A stretch of DNA of 64,000 nt from Leptolyngbyaceae cyanobacterium (GTDB lineage Bacteria > Cyanobacteriota > Cyanobacteriia > Phormidesmidales > Phormidesmidaceae). The translations under genes were made by a program, and so were the position numbers. The notes beneath the pieces are model-generated. The model ran no database searches and had not been told where the DNA came from. It worked only from the letters and a program-made list of their open reading frames with translations. The stretch is taken from assembly GCA_050331235.1 (NCBI GenBank), contig JBHJHA010000021.1, forward strand, positions 9,161 through 73,160, given 5' to 3'. Shown here one piece after another: positions 33,698-44,234 of this stretch (the first letter of the stretch is position 1; every line of letters starts with the position of its first letter).

Positions 33698-34741
33698 ATG
33701 GCCAATCAGCCACCGCTTGACGATCTCTATGCCGCAATTGCCGACCTCGTGATGTGTCACTCCCCCAGTGGCGCTGAGCAGGAAATCAACGCCTACCTCA
33801 CGGCCCACCTTAGCGATCGCGGCATCGAACACTGGCAGGATGAAGCGGATAATATCGTTGCCTGTATTCGCGGCTCCGAGGCTGGCGAGATCGCCATTAC
33901 GGCCCACAAAGACGAAATTGGCGGCATGGTCAAAACCATTGAGCCCGATGGTCGTATCCTAGTCCGGCGCTTAGGCGGTTCCTATCCTTGGATCTATGGC
34001 GAAGGCGTGGTGGATTTTTTGGGTGATCGCGCTACCCAATCCGGTATTTTGTCCTTTGGCTCCCGCCATGTCTCCCACGAGTCGCGTCAAAAAACTCAGC
34101 AGGAAGGCGACGCTGTAACCTGGGAAACCGCCTGGGTCGAAACCAAGCGTGAGCCTGAGGCTTTGGCCGCAGCGGGCATCCGCCCTGGCACTCGGATGGT
34201 GATTGGCAAACATCGCAAGCAGCCCTATCGGCTTGGGGACTATATCGCCAGCTACACCCTAGATAACAAGGCTTCAGTGGCGATCCTGTTGGCTCTGGCA
34301 ACGCGGTTGACCGCACCTTGCAAGACCATATACCTCGTATTTTCTGCTAAAGAAGAGGTGGGAGCGGTGGGCGCGTTATATTTCAGCAATCGGCAGTCCC
34401 TCGAGGCGTTGATCGCCTTAGAAATTTGTCCCCTCTCTGAGGAATACCCCATTGCCGCCAATGATGCACCGGTCGTGTTGGCTCAAGACAAATATGGGCT
34501 ATATGACGAGATGCTAACCCAACAATTAGTCCAAGCGGCTCACACCTGCAATCGCCCTATCCAGCAGGCAATCATCACTGGATTTGGCAGCGATGCTTCC
34601 ATCGCAATGACCTTTGGCCATGTGCCCAAAGCCGCCTGTCTCAGCTTTCCAACCCATAACACCCACGGCTATGAAATTGCCCATCTAGGGGCGATCGCCC
34701 ACTGTATCGATATTTTGGAGCAGTTCTGTAACGACCTATAA
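33698..34741 (+). CDS. M42-family metallopeptidase
   Basis: SPSGAEQE, TAHKDEIG, LDNKAS, KEEVG, GSDAS, THGYE. Confidence 0.9.
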   Translation: MANQPPLDDLYAAIADLVMCHSPSGAEQEINAYLTAHLSDRGIEHWQDEADNIVACIRGSEAGEIAITAHKDEIGGMVKTIEPDGRILVRRLGGSYPWIYGEGVVDFLGDRATQSGILSFGSRHVSHESRQKTQQEGDAVTWETAWVETKREPEALAAAGIRPGTRMVIGKHRKQPYRLGDYIASYTLDNKASVAILLALATRLTAPCKTIYLVFSAKEEVGAVGALYFSNRQSLEALIALEICPLSEEYPIAANDAPVVLAQDKYGLYDEMLTQQLVQAAHTCNRPIQQAIITGFGSDASIAMTFGHVPKAACLSFPTHNTHGYEIAHLGAIAHCIDILEQFCNDL

Positions 34742-34927
34742 CGGCCTGTGAGTTCCCTGGAATCTGGACTCTACAATAAATGTGAGCTTTGGCAGTCATG
34801 GCAAAGCTGGGGATCAGCCCCACCAGCAGGACCCTAGCCTCTGGTCTACCCAGTCCTTGGGTAGCTGAGTCAGAGTGCCCCTGTTGCTATCTGCGTCGCG
34901 ACTGCCCCTAATCTGGGAGAAAGTCAG

Positions 34928-35419
34928 ATGGCCAAAATGGTCGCCGATGTGATGACCCGTGACCTCTTCACCGTCACGCCAGAAACGCCTTTGCCAGAGG
35001 CTATTCAACTACTGGCCAAAAATCGGATCAGTGGCTTACCTGTGGTGACGACTACAGGGCAGCTGCAAGGGGTATTATCCGAATCTGATTTGATGTGGCA
35101 AGTCACCGGAGCACCACTACCGGCATACATTATGCTGCTCGATAGCGTGATTTATCTAGAAAACCCCGCTCGCTACAACGATGAAGTGCATAAGGCACTG
35201 GGCCAAACCGTTGCGGAAGTGATGGACCATGCCAAGGTCATTACGACCCATCCTGAGACGTCTCTCAAGGAGGCGGCCCAGCTTATGCACCACAAAAAAG
35301 TGACGCGATTGCCAGTCCTCGACGATGACGGTAGTCTAGTGGGCATTTTGACCCAAGGGGATATTGTCCGGGCGATGGCAGAGAGCTACCAGGAAGTAGC
35401 GGCTGACATGTCAGGATAG
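34928..35419 (+). CDS. CBS-domain protein
   Basis: Two CBS repeats: ISGLPVV...GVLSESDL and RLPVLD...GILTQGDIVRA. Confidence 0.92.
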   Translation: MAKMVADVMTRDLFTVTPETPLPEAIQLLAKNRISGLPVVTTTGQLQGVLSESDLMWQVTGAPLPAYIMLLDSVIYLENPARYNDEVHKALGQTVAEVMDHAKVITTHPETSLKEAAQLMHHKKVTRLPVLDDDGSLVGILTQGDIVRAMAESYQEVAADMSG

Positions 35420-35485
35420 AAAAGGTTGTCGTCGATATCAAGGGCGATCGCTGTGTCAATGCTGTTTGTGACCGAGGAAAACGCC

Positions 35486-36148
35486 ATGAGCCCTACCCCT
35501 GAGAGTGTGAAGCAACTGATCGACTCGTCTGATCTGGGGGAGCGACTGCGCGGTGTCAATCAGGCTAGGGAGCTTGAGCCAGCGATCGCTTATCCGCTAG
35601 TGGTCAAAGCCTGTCAAGACGAAAATGCTCGGGTGCGGTATTCAGCCGTGAGCCAGATGGATACCCTCGGGGATCAAGACCGACAGCAGACCGTGGAGCT
35701 GCTGCGGCAAGCCCTGCTAAACGATCCCGAGGCGGACGTTCAATCCGCCGCCGCCGATGCCCTAGGCGGCCTCAAAATGACCGAGGCCTACGAAGAGCTA
35801 AAGGCTACCTATGAAACTACCGACGAGTGGTTGTTGAAATTCAGCATCGTGGCGGCCATGGGTGAACTCGGCGATCCGCGCTCGTTTGATCTGCTGGCAC
35901 AGGCCATCCAGTCAGACATTAGTTTAGTCTCGACTGCGGCCATCGGCTCCTTGGGCGAACTCGGCGACCCTAGGGCGATCCCGCTACTGTTACCCTATGT
36001 GCAAGCAGACGACTGGCAGGTACGTCACCGCGTCACCCAAGCTCTTGGGCAATTTGATAGCCCAGAGGTCGAAGCCGCTTTGCAAGAGCTGAGTCAGGAC
36101 ACCTCAGAGACCGTCGCTGAGGCAGCCAAGCGTAATTTGCCTCGTTAA
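35486..36148 (+). CDS. nblB: HEAT-repeat phycobilisome degradation protein NblB-like
   Basis: PESVKQLIDSSDLGERLRGVNQ, NARVRYSAVSQ, DPEADVQSAAADALG, EWLLKFSIVAAMGELGD. Follows a CBS gene, as commonly seen in cyanobacteria. Confidence 0.8.
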   Translation: MSPTPESVKQLIDSSDLGERLRGVNQARELEPAIAYPLVVKACQDENARVRYSAVSQMDTLGDQDRQQTVELLRQALLNDPEADVQSAAADALGGLKMTEAYEELKATYETTDEWLLKFSIVAAMGELGDPRSFDLLAQAIQSDISLVSTAAIGSLGELGDPRAIPLLLPYVQADDWQVRHRVTQALGQFDSPEVEAALQELSQDTSETVAEAAKRNLPR

Positions 36149-36294
36149 CTGCCGTCGGAGACACCGCTAGCCAAGATGACCATTGGACAATCAGTGATGA
36201 GGCTGATGAATCCATCCCATGGCTGCAGAGACCTGCCGTCAAATGAGCTACTGTCAATGACCGGTCCCGTGTGGCCAGTTCCTTCCTCGCAGCT
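36147..36294 (-). ncRNA. Structured rod-like ncRNA divergent from pmgA (probable PmgR1 / 6S-like RNA); 5' end may extend to about 36407
   Basis: Nested pairings on the minus strand: AGCUGC/GCAGUU, ACUGGCCA/UGGCUAGC, GACC/GGUC, AUUGACA/UGUCCAAU. No credible ORF. Position next to pmgA fits recalled synteny. Confidence 0.65.
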
Positions 36295-36592
36295 TAGACT
36301 CGTCATCCTTCTACCTCTGCTATCGCATGATCTATGCTCTGGATGTTGCACTCTCAGGAGGAGGGATTAGTTACTACATCGCTGAATGGTCTGATTTGAG
36401 TAATCCTCTTGATATAATAGAGTTGAAAATAAAAGTTTTTATCTACCGATTGCTGTAAAAGTGCTGATTGCACTAACCTTTTGGGAGTTTTCGTCAACAA
36501 TTTTTTGTTTTGCTGTTCAAAACCTTGATGACTTTCAAAAGCATCAGTCTTTTCCCAACGTAACGAATTGTTAGTTCTCTGGAGGACATCCA

Positions 36593-37048
36593 GTGGTAGC
36601 TCTTTTTCAGCCCTCCATTCAACCAAATTGGGGCAGTTTGAGCTTTGTTTCAACGCTTTATCTCTGCCCCGTGCTTGATCGGCTAATGGACAAAGTGCCT
36701 CAAAAATGGCACGCCGAGGTCCGTTTAGGGCTTCAGGAAGCGCTCGTTAACGCTGTCAAACACGGCAATCGTCTTGATCCCCGTAAAGTGATCTCGGTGC
36801 GCTACAAGACCTCGGGCAATCAATACTGGTGGATCATTGAAGATCAGGGCAGCGGTTTCGATTTTGAAAACTGCTGTTGTGCCGAGATTTGCGATGAGGA
36901 AGCCGAATTGTCTGCAGTGGGGGACTGTGGTCGAGGGCTGTATATTCTCAATCAGATCTTTGACGAAGTGCAGTGGACTCAAGACGGTAGGGAGTTACAC
37001 CTGCGGAAGCGGATTCATCGCTGGTTTGGCTTACCGCTAGTGGGTTGA
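36593..37048 (+). CDS. pmgA: PmgA-like anti-sigma factor / RsbW-type Ser kinase
   Basis: SFVSTLYLCPVLD, EVRLGLQEALVNAVKHGN, IEDQGSGF, CGRGLYILNQIFD; RBS GGAGG before the GTG. Confidence 0.88.
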   Translation: MVALFQPSIQPNWGSLSFVSTLYLCPVLDRLMDKVPQKWHAEVRLGLQEALVNAVKHGNRLDPRKVISVRYKTSGNQYWWIIEDQGSGFDFENCCCAEICDEEAELSAVGDCGRGLYILNQIFDEVQWTQDGRELHLRKRIHRWFGLPLVG

Positions 37049-37321
37049 CGGTGACTTTGGCCCATGGGTAGGGCAGGGAGGCGCAGTGAGGCTGCGATCT
37101 AGCCAGCCCGTTGCTTGCTGAAGTCGAATCAGGGCTTCTTCTGATTCTCCCTTGATTAAATAAACCAGGGCAGCGGCGGTTTGCTCTTGCGCACGTATGC
37201 GACGATCGCGATTGAGGCGGTGCCAATCATTCGGTTTGATCGCGAGACGTGCAGCGATCGCCTGAGCCAATTCCAAGTCACTGAGATTGGCAGCTTGGGA
37301 ATGGGGAGTTTGAGAGTGCAT
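37037..37321 (-). CDS. Conserved cyanobacterial hypothetical protein (DUF6439-like)
   Basis: LSDLELAQA...DWHRL...RAQEQ...GWLDRSLTAPPCPTHG. Confidence 0.8.
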   Translation of the reverse strand: MHSQTPHSQAANLSDLELAQAIAARLAIKPNDWHRLNRDRRIRAQEQTAAALVYLIKGESEEALIRLQQATGWLDRSLTAPPCPTHGPKSPSTH

Positions 37322-37439
37322 AGTGAATCCGTAAGAATGTGGCTATGATAAGCGCGAACGCTTCTCTATTGTGCACATGAATCGCCCACAACGAGGATGG
37401 CGGCAGCGCCGAAAACGGCAGCGCCGGGAAATTCGTGGG

Positions 37440-37772
37440 ATGTTTTCTCCCTTTTTGATCCCTGATGACCCGGCTGACTTTGCAGTTGCCCTCACCCAGC
37501 TCGAAGAGGCCATCGTTCAATTGCGACAGCGCTACGAAGCGGTGCAGTCCTTGCGCACTGAGCAGCAGCAGGTGGAGCAGCAGCTTCAGCTGCCGCCGCT
37601 GAGTCCCGACACTGTGACCGAACTCCAGCAGCGTTTACAAACGTTAGAAACGCAGTTGGAGAGCCAGCTATTTGATTGGCGATCGCTCCAGGAACCGTTT
37701 TGGCAGGCAGTACGCTTTGGTGGACTGGGGATCATCTTGGGGTGGCTGTTGCACAGTCTGGTGAGCCGCTAG
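37440..37772 (+). CDS. Conserved hypothetical coiled-coil protein with a C-terminal TM helix
   Basis: LESQLFDWRSLQEPFWQAVRFGGLGIILGWLL. Confidence 0.75.
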   Translation: MFSPFLIPDDPADFAVALTQLEEAIVQLRQRYEAVQSLRTEQQQVEQQLQLPPLSPDTVTELQQRLQTLETQLESQLFDWRSLQEPFWQAVRFGGLGIILGWLLHSLVSR

Positions 37773-37871
37773 CTGGAGCGGATGGAAAAATCGCTGTTCC
37801 TGGGCACAAAGACTGCGTTACGGTAGCCCTAGACTAGGAACGTTCATTCTATTCATTCTTTTTCAGACGCC

Positions 37872-39260
37872 ATGACTGCTACTCGCATTTCCGATTTGCT
37901 GAAGTTAGGACAACCTGGCGAATCGGTCATCGTCCACGGTTGGGTGCGCACCAAGCGAGCCCAAAAGTCGTTGTGCTTTATCAATCTCAACGACGGTTCC
38001 TGTATGAGTGGTTTGCAGGTCGTGGCTGAGTCAGAACTTCCTGACTACGAGGCGCTAATAGGCCAGATTACTACTGGTACCTCCATCGAAATCAGCGGCA
38101 CCTTGGTCGAGTCCCCAGCTAAAGGACAGCGCGTAGAGCTGAAAGCAGCGCAACTCACGGTCTTTGGTGGGGCGGATGAAACCTATCCCCTGCAAAAGAA
38201 GCGCCATAGTTTTGAGTTTTTGCGGACGCTCGGTCATTTGCGATCGCGCACCAACACCTTGGGAGCGGTATTTCGGGTGCGGAATGCCTGTGCCCAAGCG
38301 GTCCATGACTTTTTTCGGGAGCGGGGCTTTATATGGGTACATACCCCAATTTTGACCGCTAGCGATTGCGAAGGTGCGGGTGAGATGTTTACCGTCACTA
38401 GCTTGAACCTGAATCAGCCACCGCTGACTCAACAAAACGGCCTTGATATCGACCAAGACTTCTTTGGCAAGCCAGCCTACCTCACGGTGAGCGGGCAGCT
38501 AGAAGCGGAGATCATGGCCATGGCTTTTACAAATGTCTATACCTTTGGCCCGACCTTTCGGGCGGAAAATTCCAATACCTCTCGTCATTTGGCCGAGTTT
38601 TGGATGATTGAGCCCGAGATGGCGTTCTGCGATCTGGTTGGCAATATGGACCTCGCCGAGGACTTTCTCAAGTATGTTTTCCAGGCCGTGCTGAATCAGT
38701 GTGAAGATGACATGGCCTTTTTCAACCAGCGCATTGATGATTCGGTGCTTGCGACGGCGGAAAACATCACCAACAATGAATTTGCCCGGATTACCTACAC
38801 CGAAGCCGTTGATTGGCTGCTCAAAGCCGATCAGTCTTTTGAGTTTCCGGTGGAATGGGGTATTGATTTGCAATCAGAACATGAACGCTACCTCGCCGAA
38901 GTGCTGTTCAAAAAGCCTGTGATTGTGACCGACTATCCAGCAGCGATCAAGGCATTTTACATGCGGCTAAACGAGGACCAAAAAACAGTCGCAGCCATGG
39001 ACGTACTGGCTCCCAAGGTGGGCGAAATCATTGGAGGTTCCCAGCGGGAGGAACGGCTTGATGTCTTGGAAACCCGCATTGATGAGGCGGGGCTGCCCCG
39101 GGAAGCCTATTGGTGGTACCTGGACTTACGACGCTACGGCACGGTGCCCCATGCCGGATTTGGCCTCGGTTTTGAGCGACTGATTCAGTTCATGACTGGG
39201 ATGGGGAATATTCGCGATGTCATTCCCTTCCCTCGCACGCCCGATAACATTGAATTCTAG
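37872..39260 (+). CDS. asnS: Asparagine--tRNA ligase
   Basis: [58 protein letters not shown]. Confidence 0.97.
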   Translation: MTATRISDLLKLGQPGESVIVHGWVRTKRAQKSLCFINLNDGSCMSGLQVVAESELPDYEALIGQITTGTSIEISGTLVESPAKGQRVELKAAQLTVFGGADETYPLQKKRHSFEFLRTLGHLRSRTNTLGAVFRVRNACAQAVHDFFRERGFIWVHTPILTASDCEGAGEMFTVTSLNLNQPPLTQQNGLDIDQDFFGKPAYLTVSGQLEAEIMAMAFTNVYTFGPTFRAENSNTSRHLAEFWMIEPEMAFCDLVGNMDLAEDFLKYVFQAVLNQCEDDMAFFNQRIDDSVLATAENITNNEFARITYTEAVDWLLKADQSFEFPVEWGIDLQSEHERYLAEVLFKKPVIVTDYPAAIKAFYMRLNEDQKTVAAMDVLAPKVGEIIGGSQREERLDVLETRIDEAGLPREAYWWYLDLRRYGTVPHAGFGLGFERLIQFMTGMGNIRDVIPFPRTPDNIEF

Positions 39261-39319
39261 CGGTTATGGATTCCCTACAAGGCGTCAGATCTCCGATTGC
39301 TCGAGCGGTGATCATAGCG

Positions 39320-40534
39320 TTAAGGCTGGATGCCCAACTGACTGATGCTTTGTAACAAACGCTCAGCTTGGGCTGGGTCAGATTGCCGATAGTGGGCAAT
39401 GGCGGTTTGAAAGGCTTGGATACTTTCGGGTATCTTGCCCAGTTTGAAGAGAGCGACGCCGAGGTTTTGGTAAGCTGCCGCATAGGCGGGATTTAGCGCG
39501 ATCGCCCGCTGATAGGCGTGGACTGCGCCGGCTAAATCGCCAGAAGCTCGTTTAGCGATTCCCAAGTTAAAGTGTGCCAGCGCCAACTCAGGGGCGGCAG
39601 CGACAGCAGCGGAAAAAGCGGCCAGTGCTCCCTGTCCATTGCCACTGGCTTGATAAAGGCTGCCTAGGTTGACATAGGCGCTGACTTTAAGTATGTCGGG
39701 AACGTCTTGAGCGAGGGCCTGTTGATAGTGGTCGATTGCAAGGGCCAACAATTCCTGATCGCGATAGGCCAACCCCAGGTGATAGTGGAGTTCATACCGA
39801 GTGGAGGGATCAGCAGGCTGTGCGGCCAAGCCCCGCTCTAACAGAGTTTGTCCCTTGTACCAATCACCGGCACTGCCGTAAAGGGCCCCCAGCTTGCTAC
39901 AGATATAGGCATCCTTGGGATGCTCTGCTAGGTAAGCCGCCATGATCTTTTCGGCCCGGAGAAACTTATCGCGCTGGGCGATCGCTGCTTCCCCATAGCC
40001 GGTGTGGGTGATCGCGATCACCGGCCACCGTACAACTTGCCAGGCTGGTTCCGCCTGCTGCAACCGGATGACGCTGTCATCGATGGACTCATGGTAAGGG
40101 CGCTCAAATTGAATATCGGAGCGATTGCGAAAGATGCGCGTCAGCTCGGAATAGGGTGACTGGGCTGTCCCTTGTTCATGTCGTAGCAGGTTGACGGCGA
40201 TGATGGACGCAAGCGGTATTGTCTCTAGGGCAGATTGCTCTCGTAGCTGCCGCAGTAGGGTTTGACCATCGTGGGTCAAGGCTTCGTCGGCATCGAGCAC
40301 CAAAATCCAATCGCTGCTTGCGCGCGCTAATGACTGGTTGCGCGCCGTCGCAAAATCTTGCGTCCATGCCATCTCGGCCACTTGAGCGCCGTAGGATTGG
40401 GCGATCGCGATCGTGTCATCCTCAGACCCCGTATCAACAACCATGATTTCGTCTACAAAATCCCGCACGCTGTCGAGGCACTGTGGGAGATTATCGGCCT
40501 CATCTTTGACAATCATGCAGAGAGAAATAGTCAT
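39320..40534 (-). CDS. Glycosyltransferase family 2 with TPR repeats
   Basis: ISLCMIVKDE, VVDTGSEDDT, DFATARN, WILVLDADE, C-terminal TPRs. Confidence 0.92.
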   Translation of the reverse strand: MTISLCMIVKDEADNLPQCLDSVRDFVDEIMVVDTGSEDDTIAIAQSYGAQVAEMAWTQDFATARNQSLARASSDWILVLDADEALTHDGQTLLRQLREQSALETIPLASIIAVNLLRHEQGTAQSPYSELTRIFRNRSDIQFERPYHESIDDSVIRLQQAEPAWQVVRWPVIAITHTGYGEAAIAQRDKFLRAEKIMAAYLAEHPKDAYICSKLGALYGSAGDWYKGQTLLERGLAAQPADPSTRYELHYHLGLAYRDQELLALAIDHYQQALAQDVPDILKVSAYVNLGSLYQASGNGQGALAAFSAAVAAAPELALAHFNLGIAKRASGDLAGAVHAYQRAIALNPAYAAAYQNLGVALFKLGKIPESIQAFQTAIAHYRQSDPAQAERLLQSISQLGIQP

Positions 40535-40682
40535 CGGCATCCGGGTAATCCAGCGAGGATGGTGGAACGGCAGCGGGTTGAGTGCCAACGTCAGTCACTA
40601 TGGTTACGCTACCGCATCAGCCGCCGTTTGATAAATTAGCGAACTTATTGAGGCGCTCGCCGGTGATGACCCCAAGCTGCAG

Positions 40683-42098
40683 CTATGCGATGAGGCGCTG
40701 CTGGGCCTCGCTCAAAGCCAACCTGACCTGCTCAAACCCGGTGCCACCAAAACTATTGCGGGCGGCGACAACTTGCGGCGGTGCGATTGCCGCATAAATA
40801 TCTGAGTCAAAGGTGGGATGCAGCGACTGCCACTCCTCCAGGGTTAAATCTTTGAGCAACTTGTTGCTAGCCAGGCAAGTGCGGACCACCTGCCCCACCA
40901 AGTTATAAGCTTCGCGAAACGGGACGCCTTTGCTAGCTAAATAGTCAGCGACGTCGGTGGCATTAGAAAAGTCTGTGGCGACAGTGGCGGCTAATCGCTC
41001 AGTTTGAAATGTGAGACCTTCTTGCAGCAATATCGTCATCGCCTCAAGGCAGCCCTGCACGGTTTTTACCGTATCAAACAGAGGTTCTTTGTCTTCTTGC
41101 AAATCCTTGTTGTAGGCCATGGGGAGGCCCTTCATCATGACCAATAGGCTTTGGAGATGCCCAAATACCCGACCTGTCTTACCTCGTACCAGTTCGGGCA
41201 CGTCGGGATTTTTCTTTTGGGGCATAATGCTTGACCCAGTGGAGCAGGTGTCCGTCAGCTTGACAAAACCAAATTCTGCTGAGGCCCAGAGGATGATTTC
41301 TTCCGCCAACCGCGACAGATGCACGGCAATGAGACTCGCCGCCGCCGTGAATTCGATCGCAAAGTCGCGATCGCTAACGCCGTCTAAGCTATTGCGATAA
41401 ATGCCTTCAAAACTCAGCAATTCCGCTGTGTAGGCTCGATCAATTGGGAAAGGCGTCCCCGCCAGAGCTCCGCATCCTAAGGGCGAAACGTTGATCCGCG
41501 ATCGCACATCCCCTAGCCGTTCCCAGTCGCGCTGGGCCATCTCAAAATAAGCCAGTAGATGATGGGCGAGGCTCAAGGGCTGTGCCCGCTGCAGGTGAGT
41601 GTAGCCAGGAATAATGGTTTCGATATGCTGTTCGGCATGACTGAGCAAGGCAGTTTGAAAGGCGCGTAGATGCTCTTGAATGGCGTCTACCTGTTGTCTG
41701 AGATAGAGCCGGATATCGGTGCCGACCTGATCATTTCGTGAGCGCGCTGTGTGTAGCTTTTTGCCAACATCGCCGACGATGGCAATCAGGCGATGCTCGA
41801 CGGCAAAATGCACGTCTTCTTCATCAATGCCAGGGCAAAACTTGCCGTCGCGATACTCTTGGCGGATTTGCTCTAACCCTTCGACCAGCGTTTCGGCTTC
41901 GGCAATGGTGATGATGCCAGATTTAGCCAACATTTTGGCATGGGCCTCAGAGCCGGTTAAGTCATGCTCAATCAGCTCAATATCAAACAAAATACTGGCA
42001 TTAAAAGCCGCGATCGCCGGATTGAGGGCCGACTCAAACCGCTGACTCCAAGCCTTTTGATTAGGGGAACTCACAAGCAAATCTACCTTTGGAGACAA
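40683..42098 (-). CDS. argH: Argininosuccinate lyase
   Basis: [49 protein letters not shown]. Confidence 0.97.
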   Translation of the reverse strand: MSPKVDLLVSSPNQKAWSQRFESALNPAIAAFNASILFDIELIEHDLTGSEAHAKMLAKSGIITIAEAETLVEGLEQIRQEYRDGKFCPGIDEEDVHFAVEHRLIAIVGDVGKKLHTARSRNDQVGTDIRLYLRQQVDAIQEHLRAFQTALLSHAEQHIETIIPGYTHLQRAQPLSLAHHLLAYFEMAQRDWERLGDVRSRINVSPLGCGALAGTPFPIDRAYTAELLSFEGIYRNSLDGVSDRDFAIEFTAAASLIAVHLSRLAEEIILWASAEFGFVKLTDTCSTGSSIMPQKKNPDVPELVRGKTGRVFGHLQSLLVMMKGLPMAYNKDLQEDKEPLFDTVKTVQGCLEAMTILLQEGLTFQTERLAATVATDFSNATDVADYLASKGVPFREAYNLVGQVVRTCLASNKLLKDLTLEEWQSLHPTFDSDIYAAIAPPQVVAARNSFGGTGFEQVRLALSEAQQRLIA

Positions 42099-42125
42099 TG
42101 CAAACCTTAAGTAATAACAGGGAGA

Positions 42126-42392
42126 CTACCGATAGATGGTCACTCCCCGCTATACATATCCCAATACAAACCCGATGAGGAGTGCCCAAATCTGTCCCGA
42201 TTCAATAAACGTGCTGATGGCATTACCGATATCTGAAACCACATCCTGTTCAAACTGCTGCGCCACAATGGGGACTGGTTTCGGCATTTGGGCCGTGAGC
42301 TCGATAGCTGGTTGGGGAGACAGCGTTTCGATCTGCATAAGCTGGATGCCACTCAGATGCTGGCTAGTCATGTCCAAAAGTTGGGGCTGCAT
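42126..42392 (-). CDS. Conserved small cyanobacterial membrane protein, with an in-frame TAG at 42150-42152 near the C-terminus
   Basis: FIESGQIWALLIGFVLGYV*RGVTIYR*. The read-through tail matches the usual GYxxRxxTxY ending of this family (from memory). Confidence 0.75.
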
Positions 42393-42542
42393 AACACCAC
42401 CTCACATAGCTTGATGCTATGAATTGAAGCACATCAAAGATAAAAAACTGTATTTTCCCAAGAATTGATGGCTACGTTGAGGGCTGGGCGATGCTCCCAA
42501 AACATCCAAGTTCTGTCTAATTGCTAGCCGACGCGGTAACCG

Positions 42543-43988
42543 CTAGTTCTGACTAAACAAATTGAGCTGAAGTTCAGGTTTGAGCCGCATGACAACTAAT
42601 GTCACATCGTCATCGGTATGGCGATCGTGCCCCACAAAGCGCTGCAAAATGCCAAACAGATACTCCAAAATAGATTCCGCCGACTGATAATTCCGACAGG
42701 CCCACTTCAGCGCATTAACCAAATTTTCTTCGTCCATCCGCTCGCCTCGAGAGTTAGCGGCATCGGTAAAGCCATCGGTGTAGTACAGGATCGTGTCACC
42801 GGGCTGGAGCTCGATCTGTTCTTCGTAGTAATGGGTATCGATATCTAGGCCGAGCAGCATCCCTACAGTATCTAAGCGCGTCACCGTATTGGTGGCCGCT
42901 CGCCATAGCAGAGGCGGATTGTGAGCCGCGTTGCTGTAAGACAGAATGCGCGTTTGGGGATTGTATTCCCCATAAAATAGGGTGACAAACCGACTGGAAT
43001 TCTCCAAATCGGTATGCATGACGTGATTCAGATGATGTAAAATCTGCGCCGCTGAAAAGCTGTGTAGGACCTCTGCCCGCAACATCCCCCTCAGCATAGT
43101 CATGATCAACCCAGCCGGCACCCCCTTACCCATCACATCACCAACGGCAAAGCTCCAAGGCGATATGGCCGACTGTTGGGCATCGGGATAGCGAATTTGA
43201 TCGTAGGTCGTCGGAATGAAATCGTAATAGTCACCGCCGACCTTGTTGGCAGTGCGGCATTGGGCGGCTAAATCAATCCCATCGATCACTGGAAACGTAC
43301 GTGGCAATAGCTGTAGTTGGATCTCGGCACCAATCTCCAGCTCCCGACCCAGGCGCTCTTTTTTGCGCAAGGCGACGGTTAGTTCTTCGTTTTCGATCGC
43401 TACTGCCGTTTGGTCAGCCACCAGGCGCACGAGCTTTTGCCGCGTTTCCGTCCAGGCATAATCAACCTCACGACTAAACACATAGAGCCGACCCCGTTCC
43501 ACGTTCTTGACAATGATGGCGGTGCCAAAGACCTGAAAGTCTGCCCCTAAGTACCGATGTACATAGCGGTCTAGAGACAACATCGCCGTACGAGCAATTT
43601 CGATCGCGCTGCCCGATGGTGAAAACGAAGCTGTGACTTGCCGCGTTGCCGCCTCCAAGGCCATTTTGACATCTTGGCAATGGTCGTCACTTTGACAGTG
43701 GAGCCGTTCTAAACGTACCTGCCCATCGGGGCGAAACAGCACCAAAGCCCCGCCACTAGCATCTGTAACGCGGCTAGCGATCATCGGGATTAACTCTAAA
43801 AACTGATTCAGATTGTTCAGGCTGCGCAGGGCAAAGCCTAAAGAGCTGAGCAAATCTTGAATTTTATGTTGCTCGCGCTGGAGCCGAGTGACCAGCTCTT
43901 TCATGGCAAAAGCCGGTGTTGCATCAGGGGTCGAACTGGAACCTGACGCGTTTGAAGATGAACCTGGTGGCATAGGCAGAGCGGCCAT
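42543..43988 (-). CDS. GAF + PP2C (SpoIIE/RsbU-type) Ser/Thr phosphatase, Slr2031-like
   Basis: LVADQTAVAI, ELEIGAEIQ, VGGDYYDF, GDVMGKGVPA, SNAAHNPP, YTDGFTD, DDVTLVV. Confidence 0.92.
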   Translation of the reverse strand: MAALPMPPGSSSNASGSSSTPDATPAFAMKELVTRLQREQHKIQDLLSSLGFALRSLNNLNQFLELIPMIASRVTDASGGALVLFRPDGQVRLERLHCQSDDHCQDVKMALEAATRQVTASFSPSGSAIEIARTAMLSLDRYVHRYLGADFQVFGTAIIVKNVERGRLYVFSREVDYAWTETRQKLVRLVADQTAVAIENEELTVALRKKERLGRELEIGAEIQLQLLPRTFPVIDGIDLAAQCRTANKVGGDYYDFIPTTYDQIRYPDAQQSAISPWSFAVGDVMGKGVPAGLIMTMLRGMLRAEVLHSFSAAQILHHLNHVMHTDLENSSRFVTLFYGEYNPQTRILSYSNAAHNPPLLWRAATNTVTRLDTVGMLLGLDIDTHYYEEQIELQPGDTILYYTDGFTDAANSRGERMDEENLVNALKWACRNYQSAESILEYLFGILQRFVGHDRHTDDDVTLVVMRLKPELQLNLFSQN

Positions 43989-44234
43989 GGAAACTCCGAG
44001 GGTGCAAGGGTTAAGCACCCACTCTTTTCGTCACAAAGACTTGTTGGGGATTAAGCATAGCACTCCTCATCAAAAGCGATCACCCCAATCTCGTCGCCCT
44101 AACCCTAGATAGATATCGTTGCTATTGGGCTAGCCCTTTTGAGTCTCTGGCAGGCCGTAAAACAATGAAACTGAGGCAATTTGGCCGCTGCCACAGATCC
44201 ACTCGCCATTGCCATCGACAAACTCACCACACTC

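Noticed and set aside
37838..37871. Glutamine riboswitch-like CGTTCA...GACG upstream of asnS
   Set aside because: Lacks the following GGAAGT and the required stems, and is too short.
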